Source of the DNA: Bdellovibrionota bacterium | GTDB lineage: Bacteria; Bdellovibrionota; UBA2428 | Assembly: GCA_041750195.1 (NCBI GenBank) | Contig: JBGSZX010000043.1 | Coordinates: 77,650-141,649, forward strand | Length of the DNA stretch: 64,000 nucleotides | Direction of reading: 5' to 3' | Shown: positions 27,584 to 38,511 of the stretch, one piece after another | Position numbering within the stretch: position 1 is the first letter of the stretch | Layout of the letters: each line of letters starts with the position of its first letter | Notes under the pieces: generated by a model | What the model saw: the letters and a program-made list of their open reading frames with translations, nothing else | Told to the model about the DNA's origin: nothing | Databases searched by the model: none | Program-made: the position numbers and the translations under genes

Positions 27584-28990
27584 TTAGGACTCCAATAGTT
27601 CTGGAATAATTTTGAAAATATTGCCGGCTCCTAAAATAAGTAGCGGCCTATTTTCTTGTTTCGCGATCAACCCCAAAGACGAAACAACTTTAGCAAAATC
27701 TTCGCAATATTCAGCCGTGACATTTTTTATATTTCGCGAAAAATTTTGGCAATCCAAATCGTCAACCCATAGTTCGCGGGTTTCAGATGCCGCATATATA
27801 GGAAGCGTAAACACTTTTTCAGCTCCCTCAAAGCAAGTTCCGAACTCTTCCCACAGTTCACGAGTTCTAGAATATCTGTGCGGCTGAAAAACAACATACG
27901 GTTTCTTGGCATAAGCAGCAGAACAAGCCTGGAGAGTCGCTGCGATTTCGGTTGGATGATGAGCGTAGTCTTCAATAAGAGGACCGTTCTTCCAAGTGCC
28001 CCGATGGTCAAACCTTCGGCTGACACCATTAAAACCAAGCAGCGCGCGACAAATGGCTTCCTCTTCAACACCAAGCTCAAGTGCCATTATGGCGGCGGCA
28101 CTTGCATTTAAAACATTGTGTCGTCCTGGAACTGATAATTTAATTTCCATTAGGAGTTCTTCAGCAAAATTAGAGATCTCTTTTGAACCAACCTTATAGA
28201 TTTTAAATGATGGCGTAGCCGTATCTTCCAGAACTTCAATCCAATAGTCTAAATCTAATTTTTTATTAAAACCATAACTCACAAAGGGCTTATTAAGTGT
28301 CTTAATAACTTCACGCACATTCGGACAATCGCCGCACAAAACAGCTTTTCCATAAAACGGCAATCTGTCTAAAAACTCTTCGAATGCTCGCAGGGTAGCC
28401 TCAAAACTTCCGTAGTGATTAAGATGCTCTTTATCAATATTGGTAACAATAGCCATTTCTGGAGCCAGTCGATTAAAAGAACCATCGCTCTCATCAGCTT
28501 CGGCCACAAGCCATTGGCCCTCACCCCATGTCGCGTTCGAACCAATGGCATCAAATTTTCCACCAATGATAACAGCCGGATCTAGCCCTGCCTCTCGAAG
28601 AATTAACGAAAGCAGTCCTGTCGTTGTTGTTTTTCCGTGGCTACCAGCCACTGCAATTCCCCGACGAAGGCGCATGAGTTCAGCGAGCATTTCGGCCCTA
28701 CGAATTAGTGGAATTTTATTTTTTCTTGCAAAAAGTAATTCAGGATTGTCTTTCGAAACCGCCGTGGAATAAACGAGCACGTCCGGAACAATTTCTTTAA
28801 ATATTGCTTCGCTATGCCCCTTTTGAATTTGTGCACCTAATGACCTGAGCTTATCGGTGGTTTCGCTTTCTGTGATATCGCTTCCGCTGACCGAATGTCC
28901 TGATCGGCAAAGAATTTCGGCAAGTCCCGACATTCCAACGCCACCGATTCCTACAAAATGAACTTTTCTGCTTCGATCAATAATAGACAT
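27584..28990 (-). CDS. murC: UDP-N-acetylmuramate--L-alanine ligase
   Basis: VHFVGIGGVGMSGLAEIL N-terminus and the Mur ligase P-loop GSHGKTTTT. Confidence 0.9.
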   Translation of the reverse strand: MSIIDRSRKVHFVGIGGVGMSGLAEILCRSGHSVSGSDITESETTDKLRSLGAQIQKGHSEAIFKEIVPDVLVYSTAVSKDNPELLFARKNKIPLIRRAEMLAELMRLRRGIAVAGSHGKTTTTGLLSLILREAGLDPAVIIGGKFDAIGSNATWGEGQWLVAEADESDGSFNRLAPEMAIVTNIDKEHLNHYGSFEATLRAFEEFLDRLPFYGKAVLCGDCPNVREVIKTLNKPFVSYGFNKKLDLDYWIEVLEDTATPSFKIYKVGSKEISNFAEELLMEIKLSVPGRHNVLNASAAAIMALELGVEEEAICRALLGFNGVSRRFDHRGTWKNGPLIEDYAHHPTEIAATLQACSAAYAKKPYVVFQPHRYSRTRELWEEFGTCFEGAEKVFTLPIYAASETRELWVDDLDCQNFSRNIKNVTAEYCEDFAKVVSSLGLIAKQENRPLLILGAGNIFKIIPELLES

Positions 28991-29021
28991 AACTTTGATG
29001 TACTCTAGTTATTTAGACGGC

Positions 29022-30125
29022 TCAAACACTTCCTAGCGACATAAGTGTTTCGCTCATTTTGTACAAATCTGCCGCTGCATTGGGCCGAGCCCATTTCAAA
29101 AAGGCATCCGAAAGGGCCTTTCTGCGAGCAAATGAATCTGGAAGCTGTGTCAAAGCTAATATTTTATCCGCAAGTTCCGCTTCAAATTTTGTAGATAATT
29201 GGTCCACAAGATCGGCAGCACCAGCGTCTCGCAGCAAATTGGCATTGATCATTTGATGGTTGTCAGCCGCTTGTGGGTAAGGAACAAAAATAGTCGGCAA
29301 ACCGACTGCCGCAAGCTCGGCCACTGTTGAGGCACCCGCTCTTGCAACCACCAGATCTGCGCCTTGGAAGGCCGCGGACATATCGTCAATAAAACCAACG
29401 AGCTCAATTTCGTCGCCTAAATTTAAATTTTTCTTAAGAACTTTTGCATAGTCCAAATGCGCCGAACCAATTTGGAGTTTTACAAACAAATTTTGGCTTG
29501 CGAAATCAAACTGCTTAGCAATTTTTAAAATGGCTTCAGTTAATGGCTTCGCTCCTTGCGATCCCCCTAAGACCAAAATATTTTGTCCCTGTTCTCTCAA
29601 ACCTAAGGGAGATAATTGTTTTCGAATAGGAATTCCGGATTCCGTTACGGTGCACTTAAATCTCACAGCGGCATCAGAACCCGGTGAAGCCACCGCAAAG
29701 CGAGCCCAACGTGAAGCCAATCGGTTAGCAAGTCCAGCTCGAATGTTTGGCTCCATAATGACAATAGGAATTTTGCGCAAAACAGCCGTGAAGATGACCG
29801 GCAAAGAGACATAGCCGCCAACGCTAATAACCAAATCAGCCTTGGGTCCAAAAAAAGAAGTCACAAAAAATTTTAGGGAGCCCCAAGCTAGCAAAAACAG
29901 TCCGATCATTTTCGCAAAAAGACCGCCCCCTTTCCACTTAGCCGAACTAACAAACGTCAGCGGAAAGCCATGGGCCGGGATTATTTTTGACTCGAGTCGG
30001 TCTTTGCTTCCAAAAAACTCAATTTCGCATTTTGGATTTTGTTCTTTAAAAAATTCGGCAAAACTTAGTCCTGGAAAAATATGTCCCCCGGTTCCGGCTG
30101 CTACAATCCAAATTCTCTGAGACAT
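29022..30125 (-). CDS. murG: Undecaprenyldiphospho-muramoylpentapeptide beta-N-acetylglucosaminyltransferase
   Basis: IWIVAAGTGGHIFPGLSFAEF N-terminal G-loop. Sits in the dcw cluster. Confidence 0.9.
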   Translation of the reverse strand: MSQRIWIVAAGTGGHIFPGLSFAEFFKEQNPKCEIEFFGSKDRLESKIIPAHGFPLTFVSSAKWKGGGLFAKMIGLFLLAWGSLKFFVTSFFGPKADLVISVGGYVSLPVIFTAVLRKIPIVIMEPNIRAGLANRLASRWARFAVASPGSDAAVRFKCTVTESGIPIRKQLSPLGLREQGQNILVLGGSQGAKPLTEAILKIAKQFDFASQNLFVKLQIGSAHLDYAKVLKKNLNLGDEIELVGFIDDMSAAFQGADLVVARAGASTVAELAAVGLPTIFVPYPQAADNHQMINANLLRDAGAADLVDQLSTKFEAELADKILALTQLPDSFARRKALSDAFLKWARPNAAADLYKMSETLMSLGSV

Positions 30126-30126
30126 A

Positions 30127-31323
30127 TCAATAACCTTTCAGATTTGATTGTTTCGCAACAGCCAAAACTAGTCCGCATGCAAAAAACGTCATGATGAGTG
30201 ATGAGCCGCCATGTGAAATCAAGGGTAGCGGTAATCCCTTAGTCGGAAGCAATCCCATCACGACACCGAGATTTAACACCGCCTGCAAACCGATAAGTGT
30301 TGTACATCCCGCTGCTAGCAAATAGCCCGACCGATCTGGAGCATTGAGAGCAACTCGATAGCCCCTATAGACAAGTACAAAAAAACAAGCAATCAACAGG
30401 ACCACAGCAAAAAAACCGAGCTCTTCTCCGACAACAGCCGCAATAAAGTCCGTATGCACCTCAGGCAAATAGTGCAATTTTTCTTGACCATTACCTAGCC
30501 CCTGGCCCCAGGCACCGCCCGAAAAAAATGCCGTGAACGATTGAACAATTTGATAACTAGTATTCTGTGGATCTGCCCAAGGATCAAGGAACGAAAGCAA
30601 TCGCCTTTTTCTATAGTCGGCCCCCATTATCAGATGCCATGCAATAGGAGCCATCACCAAAACACTTCCCAGAAGATAGGCTACTCTCCCGCCCGCTAAA
30701 AAGATCATAATTCCACACATCACCATGATCACAACGGCGTTTCCAAAGTCTGGCTGCAACAGCAAAAGGCCGGCAAGTAATCCGCCCACCAATCCCATGG
30801 GAAGAAGTCCATAAGCAAAACTTTTTACGTTATCGCCCTTGCGAACAAGTGCCCAAGCCAAATAAATCACACAAGCTATTTTAGAAAACTCTGCGGGCTG
30901 AAAGCGAAAGCCCCCAAAACCTATCCAACGAGTCGCACCACCGACCTTAACGCCAACGCCGGGCACCTGGACGAGGACTAAACCTAGAATAGCAATGATG
31001 AGCAAATATCCACCTGCACGAACCCAGCGATGGTAATCAGTCGCAAGTGCCAATCCCATACAAAAAAATCCCGCCGCTACAAAGGCTAGTTGCCGCCGGA
31101 AATAAACCCAAGAATCTTGAAACTTATCATACGAAATGATGCTTGAAGCCGAATACACCATGACAAGACCCAAAAGGGCGAGCGCCACTACGATTGCAAA
31201 AAATAGTCGATCATTAATAGCGAAATTTTTTGTCATGTTCAATTCAATGAAGATTGCAGCTAATTCTGCAAAAACAATTCTCCGTCCCCTAGAATCATTA
31301 TAACGAGACCGTGGAAAATTCAT
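30127..31323 (-). CDS. ftsW: SEDS-family peptidoglycan glycosyltransferase FtsW
   Basis: Ten-TM SEDS architecture. Positioned between murD and murG. Confidence 0.8.
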   Translation of the reverse strand: MNFPRSRYNDSRGRRIVFAELAAIFIELNMTKNFAINDRLFFAIVVALALLGLVMVYSASSIISYDKFQDSWVYFRRQLAFVAAGFFCMGLALATDYHRWVRAGGYLLIIAILGLVLVQVPGVGVKVGGATRWIGFGGFRFQPAEFSKIACVIYLAWALVRKGDNVKSFAYGLLPMGLVGGLLAGLLLLQPDFGNAVVIMVMCGIMIFLAGGRVAYLLGSVLVMAPIAWHLIMGADYRKRRLLSFLDPWADPQNTSYQIVQSFTAFFSGGAWGQGLGNGQEKLHYLPEVHTDFIAAVVGEELGFFAVVLLIACFFVLVYRGYRVALNAPDRSGYLLAAGCTTLIGLQAVLNLGVVMGLLPTKGLPLPLISHGGSSLIMTFFACGLVLAVAKQSNLKGY

Positions 31324-31396
31324 AGGGCCCCATAGACCGAAAACCCGACATGCAGCTGTAAGCCCTAGGGATATGAATAGATAAAAATCGCTTAAT

Positions 31397-31433
31397 CAAA
31401 AAAACGACCCAGATTCCGAAGAATCTGGGTCGT
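31397..31433 (-). terminator. Rho-independent terminator-like hairpin between murD and ftsW
   Basis: A perfect 13-bp stem (acgacccagattc / gaatctgggtcgt) with a cgaa loop. On the minus strand it is followed by a 7-nt U-tract (complement of aaaaaaa at 31397-31403). It lies in a 164-bp intergenic gap. Confidence 0.55.
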
Positions 31434-31487
31434 TTTATAAAATCTAGTTCTATTTTTGTTTGCGCTGTTTTTATCTACAAAACATAC

Positions 31488-32885
31488 TTACAAAACATTC
31501 GGACGCCGAGGCATGGCAATTTGGCCAATCAACTCCCTAAAATAGGCGCCTTTTTCGACGTGACTCGCAAATTGATCTTCCGGCGAACATGCTGGGCTAA
31601 GCAATATAACGTCTCCACCGCGTGATTTTTGATAAGCAACAATAACGGCTTCCTCAACGGTACCAACAAGAAAAGTTTCAGTAAAATCTCCAATAGCTCG
31701 ATTGATTTTTTCCTTAGCCTCTCCAACAAGAATAAGATTTTTGACTCTTTGGCGAATGTGAGGAATCAACGGAGAATAATCTACATTTTTGTCTCGTCCA
31801 CCTGCGATCATAATCACGGGCTCTGCAAAGGCCTGTAAAGTTCTCATTGTAGCATTTGGGTTTGATGCGGATGAATCATCATAAAAGGCTACTGAATTAA
31901 GTTTTTTTACAAAGTCTACTCTGTGGGGCAAGCTTCGTAAATTTTCTAGCACTGCTTGAATGTGCTTTGATTCAACACCAAGCTCTACAGCTGCAAGAAC
32001 AGCAGCCAAAGCATTTTCCCTATTGTGAGTGCCGCGCATTCGATAATTTTTCAAATCAAAACTTATAAGCGGAGCGGACATTTCGGGAAATCTACGAATG
32101 TTCATTGTATTGCGTTCTACCCAGCCGCCCGCCATGTGGTCGGGAAATCCTTGAGAAGAAAAGTAAAGAAATTTTCCGGGGACACCCTGAACCATTTGCT
32201 GAACATTTGGGTCTAGTCCATTAAGAATCAAAACTGTTTCTTGATTGGCATTTTTAAACACCTCACGGTAAGCCGAAAAATAAGTTTCGATATTAGGATA
32301 CTTGTCTAAATGGTCTTCAGAGAAGTTAGTAAATAGAACCATTTTAGGGGCAAAGGAACTTGTTCCTTCAAGCTGAAAAGATGTCGCAACAGCTATAAGA
32401 TAATCGGCTTGCTCAACTGTGTTTAAATACTTAGCCATAGGCAAATGCACATTCGAAAATACTTTTTTACCAGCATTAGCTAACATGTTTTCTAACAAGT
32501 GGGCCGTTGTCGATTTTCCATTTGTTCCCGCAACTGCAATTACCGGGACCTCTGAATACAAAGAAACAAATTCAATTTCTGTCACCACGCGAGCGCCGGA
32601 AGTGCGCGCAAGTTCCAGGACAGGAAGATCCAAAGGAATGCCTGAAGCCACAATAACGTAGGTTGCATTTTCAAATGTTTTTGGGTTGTACTCACCACAC
32701 TCAAGAGTAAATCTTGATGTGTCTAATTCTGCATCCACAAGCGCTCTTGCCTTTTCACACGCCAAAGCGTCGGCCAACGTTACTTCGGCTCCCTGATTTA
32801 CAAGATATCGAACGAGTTCAATTCCGCTTGGGTTGATTCCTATGACGACGGCTCTGTTGCCCTTAAGGCCTAATGATGCTGACAT
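31488..32885 (-). CDS. murD: UDP-N-acetylmuramoylalanine--D-glutamate ligase
   Basis: N-terminal Rossmann VVIGINPSGIEL and the Mur ligase P-loop AVAGTNGKSTT. Confidence 0.85.
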   Translation of the reverse strand: MSASLGLKGNRAVVIGINPSGIELVRYLVNQGAEVTLADALACEKARALVDAELDTSRFTLECGEYNPKTFENATYVIVASGIPLDLPVLELARTSGARVVTEIEFVSLYSEVPVIAVAGTNGKSTTAHLLENMLANAGKKVFSNVHLPMAKYLNTVEQADYLIAVATSFQLEGTSSFAPKMVLFTNFSEDHLDKYPNIETYFSAYREVFKNANQETVLILNGLDPNVQQMVQGVPGKFLYFSSQGFPDHMAGGWVERNTMNIRRFPEMSAPLISFDLKNYRMRGTHNRENALAAVLAAVELGVESKHIQAVLENLRSLPHRVDFVKKLNSVAFYDDSSASNPNATMRTLQAFAEPVIMIAGGRDKNVDYSPLIPHIRQRVKNLILVGEAKEKINRAIGDFTETFLVGTVEEAVIVAYQKSRGGDVILLSPACSPEDQFASHVEKGAYFRELIGQIAMPRRPNVL

Positions 32886-32922
32886 TCTTCTACTGATCTC
32901 CTATTTACTTTCGTGTCGTGAA

Positions 32923-34008
32923 CTAACGGAGTTTTAGAGTGCTTAGCGCTACCAGCGCAAGCAAAAACGACACAATCCAGAAGCGAACAATCACTTTTGG
33001 TTCGGGCCACCCCAATAATTCAAAGTGATGATGCAAAGGCGCCATTTTAAAGACGCGGCGCCCCGTAAGTTTAAACGAAAGCACCTGCACGATCACCGAC
33101 AAAGTTTCCATTACGAAAACTCCGCCCAGTATGACAAGAAGAATCTCATGTTTGGTTGCAACTGCGAGTGCGCCAATTGCACCGCCCAGGGAAAGTGCAC
33201 CGACATCTCCCATAAAAATTTGCGCTGGGTAGGTGTTAAACCATAGGAAGCCAACACCTGCCGCCAGTAACGCGGCGCAAAATACCGCCAGCTCTCCCGT
33301 TTGAGGAATATGCGGAATTTGTAAATAATCTGCAAAAACAGCATTTCCGCCTAGGTACGCCAAAATGAAAAAAGCTGCGATGTTTACAATACAAGGCCCA
33401 ATTGCGAGTCCATCCAGGCCATCCGTCAAATTAACAGCATTCGAGGTCCCCACCATGACAAGGACTGAAACAGCAATGTACCAGGGCCCCATATCAAGGG
33501 TGATATTTTTGAAGAATGGAAAAAAGAGATGTCCCGATATGGGACTACTAAACTGAATGACGTAGAAGCCCCAAGCCACAAAAAGTGCCGACAAAACTTG
33601 AAGCCGCATTTTCCAACGAGACGCCAAGCCTTTGGGATCTTTGTATAAAACTTTTTTTGCGTCATCCAGAAGCCCAATAAACCCAAACGCCCAAGTGATT
33701 CCAAGCAACAGCCAAATATAAGGATTGCTCAAGTCAGCCCAGAGCAGACAACCCAATGATAACCCCAAAAGTATAAGAACTCCTCCCATCGTTGGAGTTC
33801 CCTGTTTCTTAAGATGGCTTTGTGGGCCGTCATCTCGAACGGCTTGGCCATATTGCTTGGATTGAATGTAGCGAATGAAGGGTCGCCCCATGACTAAGAC
33901 AAAAAGCAAAGCAGTAAGGGCCGCCATTCCTGACCTAAAAGTGATGTATCGGAAAACGTTAAAAGCAGAAAGTGAGTCTTGAAATGAAATTAGTAGCCAA
34001 TAAAGCAT
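32923..34008 (-). CDS. mraY: Phospho-N-acetylmuramoyl-pentapeptide transferase
   Basis: Ten-TM protein with conserved MraY motifs (PTMGG, NAVNLTDGLDGLA, HHHFEL). Confidence 0.9.
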   Translation of the reverse strand: MLYWLLISFQDSLSAFNVFRYITFRSGMAALTALLFVLVMGRPFIRYIQSKQYGQAVRDDGPQSHLKKQGTPTMGGVLILLGLSLGCLLWADLSNPYIWLLLGITWAFGFIGLLDDAKKVLYKDPKGLASRWKMRLQVLSALFVAWGFYVIQFSSPISGHLFFPFFKNITLDMGPWYIAVSVLVMVGTSNAVNLTDGLDGLAIGPCIVNIAAFFILAYLGGNAVFADYLQIPHIPQTGELAVFCAALLAAGVGFLWFNTYPAQIFMGDVGALSLGGAIGALAVATKHEILLVILGGVFVMETLSVIVQVLSFKLTGRRVFKMAPLHHHFELLGWPEPKVIVRFWIVSFLLALVALSTLKLR

Positions 34009-34113
34009 ATGTGTTCGCCTGATCAGAGCTTAGCTGAGAGCGGCTCTTATCTCAAATAAGGGCGACAATTTTAAATACTGTTTTTTAAATTCTGTTTGTA
34101 GAGTCAGTCTGAA

Positions 34114-34563
34114 CTATTTTCCAAGAAATTTTGATCTATAGGCAATCCAGGGCAATCCGATAAGCATGCCCCACGAACCAAGCAACAAACAATTTGCCGC
34201 TAAAAAAGAAATCACCCACCACCTTGGCAAGGATTTATTAGATTTCTCATCCAAAAAAGTCCTAATTCTCACAAAAATCAAAACAACAAGAAAAAGACTT
34301 GAAAATGAAACCAACCAAATTGATGGCCCTATTGAAAACAAATATCTAACAAACGCTTCCCACACCTGAAAAAAGAAAATCGCAATCAATGCGAAGATGA
34401 ATGCCGAAAAATTTGGGTTAGGAGTACTTCGCTTTTGACCCCAACGATAAAATTCAGCAATGTTGGCAGGATGCATTCCAGATTTCGCGCGATAATGAAG
34501 TTCTGCAAGAAATGCCGTCATTGCAAAAATGAAAGCTAGATATATGTGTAGCGCATGAAACAT
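34114..34563 (-). CDS. Hypothetical small integral membrane protein (149 aa, about 4 TM)
   Basis: Hydrophobic helices; no motif recognised. Located between metK and mraY. Confidence 0.45.
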   Translation of the reverse strand: MFHALHIYLAFIFAMTAFLAELHYRAKSGMHPANIAEFYRWGQKRSTPNPNFSAFIFALIAIFFFQVWEAFVRYLFSIGPSIWLVSFSSLFLVVLIFVRIRTFLDEKSNKSLPRWWVISFLAANCLLLGSWGMLIGLPWIAYRSKFLGK

Positions 34564-34570
34564 ATTCGGA

Positions 34571-35746
34571 TCACAAATTGAAGGCTGATTTTAAATCATC
34601 AACTTTATCCAATTGCTCCCAGGTAAAATCTGGATCAGATCTTCCAAAATGTCCGTAACAAGTTGTTTTAGAATAAATAGGCCTCTTTAAATTTAGTTCC
34701 TCAACCAAACGACCGGGACGAGTTGGAAAAATGTCCCGAATAATCTTCTCAAGTTTTAACAAATCAACGCTCGCAGTGCCAAAGTCTTCAACCAACAAAC
34801 TCACTGGCTCAGAAACTCCAATTGCATAGGCAAGTTGAACCTGCAGGCGATCTGCCAGGCCAGCAGCCACAACATTCTTAGCGATGTAGCGGGCCAAATA
34901 GGCTGCAGATCGATCAACTTTCGAAGGATCTTTTCCGCTAAAAGCACCACCGCCATGAGGAGCCATCCCGCCATAGGTATCCACAATAATTTTTCGTCCG
35001 GTTAGACCACAGTCTCCGTGCGGGCCTCCAATCACAAAACGACCTGTTGGATTGATATACATCCGCGGAGTTTCCCGCATCCATTCTTGTGGAATAACTT
35101 TCGCAAACAATTTAGTTTTAATATCTTCAGCAATTTCTTCTTGAGAAACGTCCGGAGAATGTTGTGTAGAAAGCACCAAGGTATGAACCCGACACGGTTT
35201 TCCGTTTACGTATTCTAGTGTCACTTGAGCTTTCGCATCTGGCCTAGCCCAAGCCAGTTCTCCTGATTTTCTAAGACGAGCGATTTCCTGCGTGAGTCTA
35301 TGCGAATAAGCGATTGGAGCAGGCATCAATTCAGCCGTTTCTCGACAGGCAAATCCGAACATCATTCCCTGATCTCCAGCGCCGAGTTCATCACTTTTTT
35401 CAACACCTTGGCGAATATCAGAACTTTGTTCGTGAAGGTAATTTTCTATTCGACAAGTTTCAGAATTGAAGCCCAAATCTTTGTGATTATATCCAATATC
35501 AGCAATCGCCTTGCGAACAATCGTTGCGATATCCACCTGCTGGGAGGACAGAGTTTTTATTTCTCCCGCGACGACTACCAAATCTGTCGTCACCATCGTT
35601 TCACAGGCAACCTTAGATTCGGGATCACCGATCAAATAAGCATCTAAAATAGCGTCACTTATCGAATCCGCGACTTTGTCTGGATGCCCCTCGGTGACCG
35701 ATTCTGAGCTAAAAAAATAATTCCTAAGAGACGGGTGTTCAGACAT
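34571..35746 (-). CDS. metK: S-adenosylmethionine synthetase
   Basis: [27 protein letters not shown]-terminus plus [19 protein letters not shown]. The ORF track extends to 35782 from a TTG. The ATG at 35744-46 gives a canonical N-terminus; an alternative ATG sits at 35765-67. Confidence 0.9.
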   Translation of the reverse strand: MSEHPSLRNYFFSSESVTEGHPDKVADSISDAILDAYLIGDPESKVACETMVTTDLVVVAGEIKTLSSQQVDIATIVRKAIADIGYNHKDLGFNSETCRIENYLHEQSSDIRQGVEKSDELGAGDQGMMFGFACRETAELMPAPIAYSHRLTQEIARLRKSGELAWARPDAKAQVTLEYVNGKPCRVHTLVLSTQHSPDVSQEEIAEDIKTKLFAKVIPQEWMRETPRMYINPTGRFVIGGPHGDCGLTGRKIIVDTYGGMAPHGGGAFSGKDPSKVDRSAAYLARYIAKNVVAAGLADRLQVQLAYAIGVSEPVSLLVEDFGTASVDLLKLEKIIRDIFPTRPGRLVEELNLKRPIYSKTTCYGHFGRSDPDFTWEQLDKVDDLKSAFNL

Positions 35747-35815
35747 GCAGAAACTTATAGAACTCATTGCCACAATTGGCAATGAGTTCTACCTATCTGA
35801 AAAGCAGTTTTGTAA

Positions 35816-36172
35816 CTATTCTGACTCTTCTTCCAAATCGTTTGTGCCACCATGATGTGCCTTGCCAGAATGATTGGTAGCTCGCTCTTTATGCTTACGA
35901 GTTTGTTGAACTAGCTTGTCTGTCAAATCGTCTATTGCGGCATACATATTGTCGCCACGCGCCTCGGCCTTAGCTTCGAACTCTCCCGACACAACGTGTG
36001 CCTGGGCGATATGATCATTTTTTTCGGTCTCAAACACAAAATCAACATGAGTCATACTATGCAGATGTTTGGCCAGTTTATTTGCTTTCTTTTCGGCATA
36101 CAGGCGAACGGCATCCGACGAGTCCATCCCCCTAAACGCAACACGAGCTTCAATTTTTGATGTATCTATCAT
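35816..36172 (-). CDS. hpf: Ribosome hibernation promoting factor / sigma-54 modulation protein (RaiA/HPF family)
   Basis: 118 aa, HPF-like sequence. Canonical position directly downstream of rpoN. Confidence 0.8.
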   Translation of the reverse strand: MIDTSKIEARVAFRGMDSSDAVRLYAEKKANKLAKHLHSMTHVDFVFETEKNDHIAQAHVVSGEFEAKAEARGDNMYAAIDDLTDKLVQQTRKHKERATNHSGKAHHGGTNDLEEESE

Positions 36173-36193
36173 TTCTTCTACCCCCTCAAATCC

Positions 36194-37648
36194 CTAAAAA
36201 TATTTTTTGCGCTTGCTAGAAGGCAATATTCCCAGGGCTTCCCTATACTTAGCAACAGTTCTCCGAGCGATGTTGATATTGTTTTCTTTCAAGGCCGTCG
36301 TAATGGCCTGATCGCTCAATGGCTTCTTTTGATTTTCAGACGAAATCAATTCTTTGATTTTTTGCTTTACCGATTCACTGGCCAAATCTTCTTCGCCGTC
36401 ACCTCGACTAATAGCAGAGTTGAAAAAATACTTTAATTCATAAATACCATGTGGAGTATGAACAAACTTATTTGTAGTCACCCGTGAAATCGTTGACTCA
36501 TGTAACTCGAGTTCTTCGGCGATATCCCGCAAGACCATTGGCTTAAGATGCTGAGGTCCTTTTTCAAAAAAATCCATCTGGCGATTTAGAATTGATTCCG
36601 TAACTCGATAAATGGTTCGCTGCCTTTGATAAATACTTCGCATGAGCCAAACAGCACCCTTCAGTTTTTCACGGACATAAGCCTTCGCCTCGCCTTTGAG
36701 CAAACCGCTGTTGAGCTGATCTTGATAGGTTTTAGAAACTTTTAGCCGAGGAATGCCATCCTCATTCAAGACAACCGAAAATTTTCCACCGCTATGAACA
36801 ATATAAATGTCCGGGACCACATAACTTGGCTCGGAGTTACTAAACAAACGTCCGGGCTTTGGCTCCATATGATGAACGATTTTACACATCTCAATAACGT
36901 CTTCGAGGTCCATTTCCATTTTTTTAGCAATGGCATTGTAGTTTTTTGTTTCAAGTTCGTTTAAATGATTCTCGATAAGCTCAACCACATCATCATGGTA
37001 TTCAAGCTGTTCGGCTTGTATCATCAAACATTCTTTTAAATTTCTTGCCGCGACCCCCGGCGGATCAAATCGTTGAATCTTATAAAGAACTGCCTCAATT
37101 TCGGCTCGATCAACTTCACACTTTTGTTCTAACTCTTCGACCAACAACACCAAATATCCATCTTCATTTAAATTGCCGATGATCTCTTCAGCAATTTCGA
37201 ATTCTTTTTCATCATTTGCGGTCAATCGAAGTTGCCACATCAAATGATCGTAGAGAGTCGACGGCCTAGACAAGATCTGCTCGAAATTTGGAAGCTCATC
37301 GGGATTAAAGTTTTTTGTCGTTGGAAGGTATTCGCGATTGCCGCTGCTTTGCTCGATATAACTTTGCCAGTCAAAGTCATCATTTGCATCTGTGATTTGA
37401 TCTTTAGGACTGTCATTTTCTCCGGAACTTTTTTGGTCTTCGCCTTCTCCCGCGGCACCAATATTACTAACGCTCGAATCAGGCTCAGCCTGATCTCCGC
37501 CCTCTTCAAGCACGGGGTTGTCGACAAGAGCATCCGTGACTTCTTGCTGAAGCTCAACAACAGACATCTGCAATATCTTAATTGCCTGCTGTAACTGAGG
37601 AGTCATAGTCATCCCCAGCGTTTGTTTCATTTGCTGCTTTAATCCCAT
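36194..37648 (-). CDS. rpoN: RNA polymerase sigma-54 factor
   Basis: C-terminal RpoN box ARRTVAKYRE. N-terminal Gln/Leu-rich region. Canonical lptB-rpoN-hpf context. Confidence 0.9.
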   Translation of the reverse strand: MGLKQQMKQTLGMTMTPQLQQAIKILQMSVVELQQEVTDALVDNPVLEEGGDQAEPDSSVSNIGAAGEGEDQKSSGENDSPKDQITDANDDFDWQSYIEQSSGNREYLPTTKNFNPDELPNFEQILSRPSTLYDHLMWQLRLTANDEKEFEIAEEIIGNLNEDGYLVLLVEELEQKCEVDRAEIEAVLYKIQRFDPPGVAARNLKECLMIQAEQLEYHDDVVELIENHLNELETKNYNAIAKKMEMDLEDVIEMCKIVHHMEPKPGRLFSNSEPSYVVPDIYIVHSGGKFSVVLNEDGIPRLKVSKTYQDQLNSGLLKGEAKAYVREKLKGAVWLMRSIYQRQRTIYRVTESILNRQMDFFEKGPQHLKPMVLRDIAEELELHESTISRVTTNKFVHTPHGIYELKYFFNSAISRGDGEEDLASESVKQKIKELISSENQKKPLSDQAITTALKENNINIARRTVAKYREALGILPSSKRKKYF

Positions 37649-37674
37649 AATAATTTATTCCCTCATCTTCGGCC

Positions 37675-38409
37675 TCAATTAAGCCTAAATGACTCCCCTA
37701 AATAAAACTTTTTCGCCTCTTCACTTTCAGAAATTGCTTGGGGGGTTCCGTCAAAGAAAATACGTCCCTCCTTCATCAAAAATCCCTGATCACATGTACC
37801 CAAAGTTTCTCGAACATTATGATCCGTGATTAAAACTCCAATGTTTTGACTTCGAAGTTCACGTACAAACTCTTGAATCTCACCGACAGCAATTGGATCG
37901 ATGCCGGCAAAAGGTTCGTCGAGTAAAAGATAATGTGGCTCGATAGCAAGGCACCTCGCAATCTCACACCGACGTCGCTCTCCACCGGAAAGAGTAGCCG
38001 CTGCACTTTTAGCCAGCCTTAACAAACCAAATCTTCTCATCAAATTTTCACATCTCGCCTCTAGTTCGCTTCCTTCGAAACCCTTAGCTTCGAGAGCCAT
38101 CGCAATATTTTCGAAGACACTTAGTTTTTGAAAGAGGCTGCCCTCCTGAGGAAGGTAAGAAATTCCCCGTCGCGCCCTTTGAGGCAATGGCAAATTGGTT
38201 ACATCTTCGTTATCAAGAAAAATTCCGCCTTGAGTTGGAAAAACAAGTCCGACCATCATATAGAAACTTGTCGTTTTTCCAGCACCATTAGGGCCAAGAA
38301 GGCCCACTATTTCTCCGCGATTTAATGTTATGGAAACGTCGCTAACGACTTCGCGCTCACCATATACTTTTGAAATCGACGTTGCTACCAATCCACCTGT
38401 CTGCGACAT
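37675..38409 (-). CDS. lptB: LPS export ABC transporter ATP-binding protein
   Basis: Walker A GPNGAGKTT, ABC signature LSGGERRR and Walker B LLLDEP. Lies immediately upstream of rpoN. Confidence 0.85.
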   Translation of the reverse strand: MSQTGGLVATSISKVYGEREVVSDVSITLNRGEIVGLLGPNGAGKTTSFYMMVGLVFPTQGGIFLDNEDVTNLPLPQRARRGISYLPQEGSLFQKLSVFENIAMALEAKGFEGSELEARCENLMRRFGLLRLAKSAAATLSGGERRRCEIARCLAIEPHYLLLDEPFAGIDPIAVGEIQEFVRELRSQNIGVLITDHNVRETLGTCDQGFLMKEGRIFFDGTPQAISESEEAKKFYLGESFRLN

Positions 38410-38511
38410 ATCTCTATTCTATTGCCTCTTGCGGACTTGCATCAACTTAAGACTTAATAAAGGCAAGATTTTTGCAGCAAAATGAGGCGCATCGAGACGT
38501 TTTGGCGCAGG

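Noticed and set aside
35766-35783. Short palindrome attgcca-N4-tggcaat at the metK 5' end
   Set aside because: It is only 7-bp arms and overlaps alternative metK start codons. That is too weak to call an operator or riboswitch.
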